From: an uncultured Clostridia bacterium
GTDB lineage: Bacteria; Bacillota; Clostridia; Oscillospirales; JAAYOS01
Direction: 5' to 3'
Assembly (NCBI GenBank): GCA_947593925.1
Contig: CANQDU010000001.1
Span: 141,188-205,187 of the forward strand
Length of the DNA: 64,000 nucleotides
The translations under genes were made by a program, and so were the position numbers. Every line of letters starts with the position of its first letter. The stretch's first letter is position 1. The notes below the pieces were generated by a model. That model ran no database searches. It was not told the origin of the DNA and worked only from the letters and a program-made list of their open reading frames with translations. This document shows positions 54,885 to 61,225 of the stretch, in pieces.

Positions 54885-55765
54885 GCAGGCGGAGCCCGCA
54901 ACCCTCCAGCGGGGAAGCCCCCGCGAGCATTCGCGGGGCGAGCCCCGCGTCCCTAGGTAGAGCGGAGCTCTACCGACACATTGCGGGGGCACTGCCCCCG
55001 CACCCCCGGCGGGGCTGTGCCGCCCCGCACCCCTGCATTACTTTTTGCTCGCGCAAAAAGTAATCAAAAAGCGCGCTTAAGGGAGAGGGCTTTGCCCTCT
55101 CCCTTAAAAATCCCTCTCCCAATACAGACACACAACCGCAACCCACATAACAGGACAAACTCCGTATCAAACAAATCCGTCATCCGACCGGGTGAGTTTC
55201 TGGGGATACAATATCCGACTTTCCCACTATATCGACGACATCGAACAGTTCCTGCGTAGTAGAAATAAAAGTCCGGTCCTACGCTCACACTATAAGCGTA
55301 ATGCAGATGCTATCCCGAGAAAACGAAACTTTCGGTTCTAGTGGAAAGTATGAGCGTAGACGCTTGTACTAAGCTGCGGACGGGCGTCCCGCGTAGCAGA
55401 GATTTTCCGGTTAAGGAAAGAGGGGTACAAAGGGGAGAAAACCGTTGGTTTTCTCCCCTTTGTGTGCTTTTTGGTTACTTTTTGCACAAGCAAAAAGTAA
55501 CGCAGGGCGCGGGGGCGCCGCCCCCGCAAAGTGCCGGTGAGGCTCTGCCTCACTCAGGGACGCGGGGCCCGCCCCGCGAATGCTCGCGGGGCTTCCCCGC
55601 TGGATGGGTGTGGGCTTTGCCCACTTAGGGACGCTGGGCCGCCCCCGCGAATGCTCGCGGGGCTTCCCCGCTCGATGGGAGTGGGCTTTGCCCGCTTTGG
55701 TGCGGGGCTTTCCCGCTATTCGGGCGCGGGTGCTTGCCCCGCAAATCTGCGGGCTCCGCCCGCAG
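54885..55765. repeat. ~880-bp non-coding element: long imperfect inverted arms built of GC-rich hairpin modules around a lower-GC core
   Basis: The left arm (54885-~55125) is the reverse complement of parts of the right arm (~55414-55765). For example, 54906-54954 matches 55556-55603 and 55627-55675 in inverted orientation. The ends are gcaggcggagcccgc and gcgggctccgcccgc. Confidence 0.75.
55556..55697 (+). repeat. Tandem duplication of a 71-nt module inside the right arm
   Basis: 55556-55626 and 55627-55697 are about 90 percent identical by eye. Confidence 0.75.
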
Positions 55766-55768
55766 ATA

Positions 55769-55797
55769 TTGACAATCCTTCGCCGATGCTCTACAAT
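55769..55797 (+). promoter_or_regulatory. Candidate sigma-A promoter of the MATE gene
   Basis: TTGACA (55769-74) and TACAAT (55792-97) are separated by 17 nt. Confidence 0.55.
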
Positions 55798-55864
55798 AGT
55801 GAGGCGTAAGCGTTTTCCCGCGCGGCGGGACGGACGAAATATCGGCGCGAAAAGGGACATTGTG

Positions 55865-57280
55865 ATGGACAGAACGATAAATTCGGCGTTTCCGTGGAGA
55901 GACTTTTTGAAGCGGCTCGCCGTGATAGCTATACCGGTGGCGCTCCAGAACCTGCTGACGACTACCGCGAGCATGGTGGACACGATGATGGTCGCCCCGC
56001 TCGGCGAGACGACGGTCGGCGCGCTCGGACTGTGCGCGCAGTTCTCCTCGCTGATGTTCTCCTGCTACTGGGGCTTTGTCGGCGGAGGTAGCCTTTTCTT
56101 CTCTCAGTACTGGGGCTCGAAGGAGGACGACGGCATCGAGCGCTCCTACGGCATGACGTGGGTGTGCATGATGACGGTCGCCGTCGTTTTCGGATGCCTT
56201 GCGATGTTTGCGCCGGGCGCGGTCATGCGCCTCTATACCGACAAGACGGCGATACAGCAGATAGGCGTGCAGTACCTTCAGATAGTCGGCGCGGCGTACA
56301 TAATGCAGGTGTTCTCGATGGCGATGAGCAGTCTGCTCCGCTCCACCGAGCGGGTGCGGATACCGCTCGTCGCATCTATCGCGTCGGTCGCGACGAATAT
56401 CCTCCTCAACTGGGTGTTCATCTACGGAAAGCTCGGGCTTCCCGCCATGGGTATACGCGGCGCCGCGCTCGCGACTACATGCGCCGCCGCCGTGAACGTG
56501 CTTGCAATATATCTTATGGCGCGCGGCGTGAGGTACCCGTACCTCTTTCACATTCGCGGACACTTCCGCTGGACGCGCGCGCACCTGAAAAACTACCTCA
56601 TAAAGTGCTTCCCGATAATCTGCAACGAGCTCCTCATCGGCGTCGGGAACATGCTGATAAACATAACGCTGGGACGTCAGCCCGAGCCGGTGATAGCCGC
56701 GATAGCGGTGTTCCGAACGCTCGAGGGACTGATAATCGGCTTCTTTGCGGGATTTTCGAGCGCCGCTTCGATACTCGTCGGCACCTGCGTCGGCGCTGGC
56801 GAGCTGAAGACGGCGTATGAGCGCGCAAAGCGGCTCGTGTACCTGTGCAGCGGGATAATATTCTGCGCCGGGCTCGTGCTCCTGCTTATCCACAAGCCGA
56901 TACTCACCGGGATGGGACTTTCCGGAGAGTCGTACACGGCGGGCTTCCGCTTCCTTCTCATATACGTCGTGGTGTCGCTCATAAGGATGGGAAACTGGAT
57001 ACAGAACGACACCTACCGCGCCTCCGGCGACTCGGTCTACGGCACGACGCTCGAGATAGTATTCATGTATGTGCTCGTGCTCCCCTGCGTATTGCTTTCG
57101 GGGTTCGTGTTCAAGCTCCCGTACTGGCTCATATTCATCTTCTGTTACATAGACGAACCGATACGCTACCTGCTCATGCAGATACACCTCTACTCCGGCA
57201 AGTGGATAAAGCCGGTAACAGACGTCGGCCGCGCCGCGCTCCCGGCCTTCCGCGAGCAGATGCGGAGAAAAAAGGCATGA
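55865..57280 (+). CDS. MATE family efflux transporter
   Basis: The N-terminus reads LAVIAIPVALQNLLTTTASMVDTMMV, and 12 TM helices are present. The start is at the ATG at 55865. Confidence 0.85.
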   Translation: MDRTINSAFPWRDFLKRLAVIAIPVALQNLLTTTASMVDTMMVAPLGETTVGALGLCAQFSSLMFSCYWGFVGGGSLFFSQYWGSKEDDGIERSYGMTWVCMMTVAVVFGCLAMFAPGAVMRLYTDKTAIQQIGVQYLQIVGAAYIMQVFSMAMSSLLRSTERVRIPLVASIASVATNILLNWVFIYGKLGLPAMGIRGAALATTCAAAVNVLAIYLMARGVRYPYLFHIRGHFRWTRAHLKNYLIKCFPIICNELLIGVGNMLINITLGRQPEPVIAAIAVFRTLEGLIIGFFAGFSSAASILVGTCVGAGELKTAYERAKRLVYLCSGIIFCAGLVLLLIHKPILTGMGLSGESYTAGFRFLLIYVVVSLIRMGNWIQNDTYRASGDSVYGTTLEIVFMYVLVLPCVLLSGFVFKLPYWLIFIFCYIDEPIRYLLMQIHLYSGKWIKPVTDVGRAALPAFREQMRRKKA

Positions 57281-57379
57281 CGCGCGCAAAAGTTTTTCTT
57301 ACATTCCGGCCCTGAAATATGTTATAATCGGTATAAAGACGGATGAAAGAAGCTTTGCGCTGCGGAAAGGTGAGTTTTG

Positions 57380-57883
57380 ATGTATCTGGTAGGAGAAACG
57401 GTGGTCTACGGGCTCATGGGAGTATGCGTAGTCGAGGCCGTAGGCGAGCTTGATATGCAGGGCGCGGACAAGGGCAGGAGCTACTACACCCTCGCGCCTC
57501 TACACCGGGACGGGAAGATATTTGCCCCGGTGGATACGTCGGTCGCCATGCGCCGCGCCATGACGCGGGAACAGGCGATGGAGCTCATTCGCAGCATGCC
57601 CGCCATAGAGCGCGACACCTACGAAAGCAACAATCCGCGCATGCTCGACGAGCATTACAGGACGTATCTGAAAAGCGGGGACTGCGTGGATCTCGTGCGG
57701 GTCGTGCGGACGGTCTACGCCAAGAGCCGCCTCGCCGCCGAGAAGGGACGCCGCCTCGGTCAGGTGGACGAACGGAGCATGAAGCGCGCGGAGGAGATGC
57801 TGTATGACGAGCTCGCCTTTGCCCTCGACATGCGCCCGGACGAGGTGAAGGACTTCATCTGCGTGACGCTGGGAGACAAATAA
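57380..57883 (+). CDS. CarD/CdnL-family transcriptional regulator-like protein
   Basis: A CarD_TRCF-like N-terminus (GETVVYGLMGVCVVEAV...YYTL) is followed by a helical C-terminus. Confidence 0.75.
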   Translation: MYLVGETVVYGLMGVCVVEAVGELDMQGADKGRSYYTLAPLHRDGKIFAPVDTSVAMRRAMTREQAMELIRSMPAIERDTYESNNPRMLDEHYRTYLKSGDCVDLVRVVRTVYAKSRLAAEKGRRLGQVDERSMKRAEEMLYDELAFALDMRPDEVKDFICVTLGDK

Positions 57884-57887
57884 AACT

Positions 57888-57941
57888 TCGCTGCAAATCG
57901 CGGGCGCGGATTTCATCCGCGCCCTTACCAATTTGCAGCGA
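57888..57941 (+). repeat. Module A, copy 3, starting 4 nt after the carD-like stop
   Basis: It is identical to 1157-1210 over 54 nt. Confidence 0.9.
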
Positions 57942-57942
57942 A

Positions 57943-57974
57943 GCCGCCGGACAAGGCGTAGCCTTGCCGGCGGC
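57943..57974 (+). repeat. Module C copy
   Basis: The sequence is gccgccggacaaggcgtagccttgccggcggc. Confidence 0.7.
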
Positions 57975-58112
57975 AGCGCTCCGCTACGCATTCCCACGCG
58001 GTCGGCGACCGCGTGGGAGCCCTTCCGATTAAAATGCTCGCCCCGAATGAATCGGGGCTCCGCGAAGTTGCTTGCCTGTGGCAAGCAACTTCAACCGCGC
58101 GAACCGGCGCGG
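57975..58112 (+). repeat. Four-hairpin module F, copy 3
   Basis: It is colinear with the reverse complements of 10943..11080 and 25887..26025. Confidence 0.8.
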
Positions 58113-58149
58113 AGTGCGGCTCCGCCGTCTTCGACGCACGCTCCGCACA

Positions 58150-58302
58150 GTACACAGTCGGGACGTCGGCGCGAAGCGCCGACGTCTGATGCGCCCGGAA
58201 GAAGGTCGGATGAGGTATTGGTTCGAGGGCGCATTGTACACGCCGTCGGAAAAAATGAATTTAACTCTATTTCGCGCCCTTGGCGCGAAACTCTGCGAGG
58301 CT
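58150..58302 (+). repeat. Module E, copy 5
   Basis: gggacgtcggcgcgaagcgccgacgtc, gatgcgccc..gggcgcatt and atttcgcgcccttggcgcgaaactctgcgaggct are present. Confidence 0.8.
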
Positions 58303-58321
58303 TAGAAGCGGTTATAAAATT

Positions 58322-58349
58322 AAGGGGGCAGACTTTCGTCTGCCCCCTT
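58322..58349. terminator. Hairpin closing composite R8 (between the convergent carD-like gene and proC)
   Basis: The sequence is aagggggcagac-tttc-gtctgccccctt. Confidence 0.5.
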
Positions 58350-58364
58350 CTGTGCACTGTGACA

Positions 58365-59201
58365 TCACTTGCCCGCTATCTCGAGCGTTCTTTCGTAGGC
58401 GGCGATGACCGCCTCCATGGCGGCGGAGCGGAACCCGCCCGCCTCGAGCGCGCGGACGCCCTGTATCGTCGTGCCGGCGGGCGAGGTGACGGCGTCCTTG
58501 AGAGCTCCCGGGTGCTTCCCGCTCTCGAGCACCATCCGCGCGGCGCCCTCGACCGCGCCCGCCGCGAACGCCACGGCCTTGTCGCGCGGCAGTCCGCACG
58601 CGACGCCGCCGTCCGCGAGCGCCTCGACGAACATGTACACGAACGCCGGTCCGCAGCCGGAGACAGCCGCGGCGGCGTCGATGAGGTTTTCGGGTATCCG
58701 TTCGAGCAGTCCCGCGGGACGGAGCAGTGCCTCAAAACCCGCAAGCGTCTCTTCGTCCGCGCCGAGCGAGCATATCTGCACCACCCCCGCGCCGATGGCG
58801 GCGGGAGTGTTCGGCATTATGCGGATGACGGGGCAGTCCGTGCCGGCGAGCTCGCGTATTCGCTCGCAGGAGACGCCCGCCGCCATCGTGACGAGGGTGT
58901 ATCCGTCCGTACGCCCGCGCAGGATCGGCGCGATCTCGCCAAACAACCCCTCGAGCATCTGCGGCTTCACGCCGAGGAAGATGAGGCCGCACTCGCGGGC
59001 GGCTTCGGCGTTCGAGACGGCGCGCGCGTCCGCGCCGTCACGACGAAGCTCCTCCGCAAGACGCTCCGCCTTTGAGGCGGTGCGGTTGGAGAGCAGGAAG
59101 CGGACGCCCGCCGCCACGTCCGACTTCGCCGCCGCGTGCGCGAGGGCGGAGCCCATGTTCCCCGTCCCGATAAATCCTATCGTACCAAACTTTTTCGGCA
59201 T
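58365..59201 (-). CDS. proC: Pyrroline-5-carboxylate reductase
   Basis: IGFIGTGNMGSA (NADP-binding) and the family C-terminus GGFRSAAMEAV are present. Confidence 0.9.
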   Translation of the reverse strand: MPKKFGTIGFIGTGNMGSALAHAAAKSDVAAGVRFLLSNRTASKAERLAEELRRDGADARAVSNAEAARECGLIFLGVKPQMLEGLFGEIAPILRGRTDGYTLVTMAAGVSCERIRELAGTDCPVIRIMPNTPAAIGAGVVQICSLGADEETLAGFEALLRPAGLLERIPENLIDAAAAVSGCGPAFVYMFVEALADGGVACGLPRDKAVAFAAGAVEGAARMVLESGKHPGALKDAVTSPAGTTIQGVRALEAGGFRSAAMEAVIAAYERTLEIAGK

Positions 59202-59252
59202 ATCTGTCTCCTTAGCTCCGCCGGCGCGCTGTCTGCGCGCCGGCGGTATACG

Positions 59253-61019
59253 TTATTTTCTCAAGAGCTTGTAGAATTTGAACTCGCCGGGGGCGATGCC
59301 TAGCCGGAAGACCCGCTCGAGCGGCTCGGGCCGGAAGGTCGCCGAGTCGCCGACGCGGACGGGCTGGGGGTTTTTGTGATGCGGCTCGGTAAAGCGCGCG
59401 CCGGTCTCCATATCCTCAAAGCCGATGCAGTCCTCGTCTATCAGGGTGAGCTCTATCGGCGTGGAGTAGGCGTGGTAGTTGTAGACGGCAAAGACGTCGT
59501 TATCGTACTCGAAGATGCTCGCCTTCGGGTCCGCTCCGAGGTAGACCTTCCCTCCGCGCGCGAACACCTTCGCGATGAAATCCCACACCTCGCGGGGCAG
59601 ACGGTAGAGGTCGCCGAAGCCGTCCGGGACGTTCAGGATGTTCAGTATGCCGTCGCCGTAGTAGTCCTGGGTGAGGACGGGCGTGGCGTAGTCGTCCACG
59701 CAGAGGAGGACATCCGCCCACGTCGCGTTCGTTTTGAAGGTCAGCACCTCGAAGGTCGCGGGCTTCTCCGCGCCGTACACGTTCCCGTTATGTATGTTGA
59801 AGTAGTTCATGAGGTACTTCGTACCGGAGACGCGCCGCCCGGTGGGACGTACCGACGTCATGTCGCGTATGCCCTTCTCCCACGTCGCCCGGACAAAGCC
59901 GGTGGTGACGACGGCGCGGCCGCCGTCCGCGACGTACCTTTTGAGCTTCGTCATGACCTCCGGGTCGTGCGCCGCGTTTTCCGCGAGGAACAGGACGCGC
60001 GCGCTTTCGTCAAACTCCGGCTTCGGCTCGAAGGGTACGCCGCACATTCCGATGTAGTTCATCAGCTGGTCCTCGCCGTCCGAGTCGTAGAGCTCGTAGG
60101 CGGAGACGCCGACGGGACTTCCCACCCGGTCGAGCAGAGCGTCCACGCGCCGCAGGTCGGTGCCGAGCGGCGGGAGACTGTCGCCCCGCGTCACCGAGGC
60201 GAAGTTGAAAAGCATCAGCTCGCGCGCCTTTGCAAAGAGCGTGAGGTTTGCCTGTTCGAGCCACATGTTCTTCGCGCCGGAGGCTCCGCCGAGGTCGATC
60301 CAGCCGCCGCCGTTCCTGCCGGGCGCGACGTTCGAGAGATAGCGGACGAGGCTGTAGCTGAGGTAGCGCTGGAGGTGCTGATCGTTGAAGCCGGGCGCGC
60401 GCGACTCGGTGCCGGTGTATATCATGTCGAAGATGTCCTTCTGCTTTGCCGGATTGTAGCCGCAGGTCTGATAGCTCTCGTACCAGTTCGGGTACTTTAT
60501 GATGAAGTTGCAGTTCGGGTTGACCTCCTTCGCCGCCGCGACCGCCTCCCGCGAGAATTCCTCCATCTGCGCTAGCTTGAATTCCTCCCATGTCCGCTCG
60601 CCCTTCGCCTCTATGCAGAGCTTGCAGCGGCAGGAGGTGAAGAAAAAGTCGTCAAGAATTATCTCGTCAAACATCCCCGCCGTATAGCGGACGATCTCGA
60701 GGAACCGCTCACGATGCCTCGGGTCGGAGAAGCAGAATGTGTCAAAGATTGCGGGCTTCGGACGGTCGCCGATGCTCACCGTCGCGGTGATGCCGCCGGA
60801 GACCTCGAACCCGTTCTTCAGAAAGAGCTCCTTTACGGCAAGCATCTTCTCCTTCGGAATGTCGGTGAGACCCCGGTGCGTCTCGAGATACACCTTGTCC
60901 ATGGCGGTGTACCGCTTGCAGTAGTCGATGTCTCGCTGTATCTGTTCGAGCGTGGCGTTTTCGAGGTAGTAGGCAAAAACGTAACCGCAAAGTCTGAAAT
61001 TCCTATATTTTTCCATCAA
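59253..61019 (-). CDS. Hypothetical protein, possibly glycoside-hydrolase-like TIM barrel (GHL-type) with C-terminal domain
   Basis: The ORF is 588 aa with clean coding statistics. DDFFFTSCRCKLC is reminiscent of the CxCxxC segment in hypothetical glycosyl-hydrolase-like families. This assignment is weak. Confidence 0.4.
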   Translation of the reverse strand: MMEKYRNFRLCGYVFAYYLENATLEQIQRDIDYCKRYTAMDKVYLETHRGLTDIPKEKMLAVKELFLKNGFEVSGGITATVSIGDRPKPAIFDTFCFSDPRHRERFLEIVRYTAGMFDEIILDDFFFTSCRCKLCIEAKGERTWEEFKLAQMEEFSREAVAAAKEVNPNCNFIIKYPNWYESYQTCGYNPAKQKDIFDMIYTGTESRAPGFNDQHLQRYLSYSLVRYLSNVAPGRNGGGWIDLGGASGAKNMWLEQANLTLFAKARELMLFNFASVTRGDSLPPLGTDLRRVDALLDRVGSPVGVSAYELYDSDGEDQLMNYIGMCGVPFEPKPEFDESARVLFLAENAAHDPEVMTKLKRYVADGGRAVVTTGFVRATWEKGIRDMTSVRPTGRRVSGTKYLMNYFNIHNGNVYGAEKPATFEVLTFKTNATWADVLLCVDDYATPVLTQDYYGDGILNILNVPDGFGDLYRLPREVWDFIAKVFARGGKVYLGADPKASIFEYDNDVFAVYNYHAYSTPIELTLIDEDCIGFEDMETGARFTEPHHKNPQPVRVGDSATFRPEPLERVFRLGIAPGEFKFYKLLRK

Positions 61020-61225
61020 ATTTCCCTCCCTGTGCAGTATTTCGGCGTTATACGCTTAACGATATTATATATCGCAAGAGAAGCTCTTGCAATATCCTTT
61101 TCCGAGAAACGGAAAGGTCCGGCGCGCTCGGACGGATGCGCGCGCCGCCGAAGCCTCCGAATACGGCGCTGCCCGGCGGATGTCCGCCGGGCAGCAATGA
61201 TTTTGACTTAACTTTTGCCGCGCGC

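Noticed and set aside
55064-55628. Small ORFs inside the inverted-arm element (55064-55288 minus, 55338-55553 minus, 55341-55628 plus).
   Set aside because: They have no RBS, run through the repeat modules, and their composition is dictated by the GC-rich hairpins.
54885-55765. A CRISPR array, as an explanation for this element and for the other repeat regions.
   Set aside because: The repeats differ in sequence and length, are themselves hairpins arranged as inverted arms or ordered mosaics, have no regular repeat-spacer periodicity, and no cas genes are in the window.
55798-55864. A guanidine or other riboswitch in the MATE gene 5' leader.
   Set aside because: The leader is only ~65 nt. 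It has a GC hairpin and an ACGG string but lacks the paired ACGR-loop hairpins of mini-ykkC or the conserved ykkC core.
59219-59247. The hairpin ccgccggcgcgc-tgtct-gcgcgccggcgg between the 588-aa gene and proC as an intrinsic terminator.
   Set aside because: It has no T-run on the transcribed (minus) strand and lies immediately before the proC RBS. It is more likely an intercistronic stem, and the evidence is insufficient to call it a feature.
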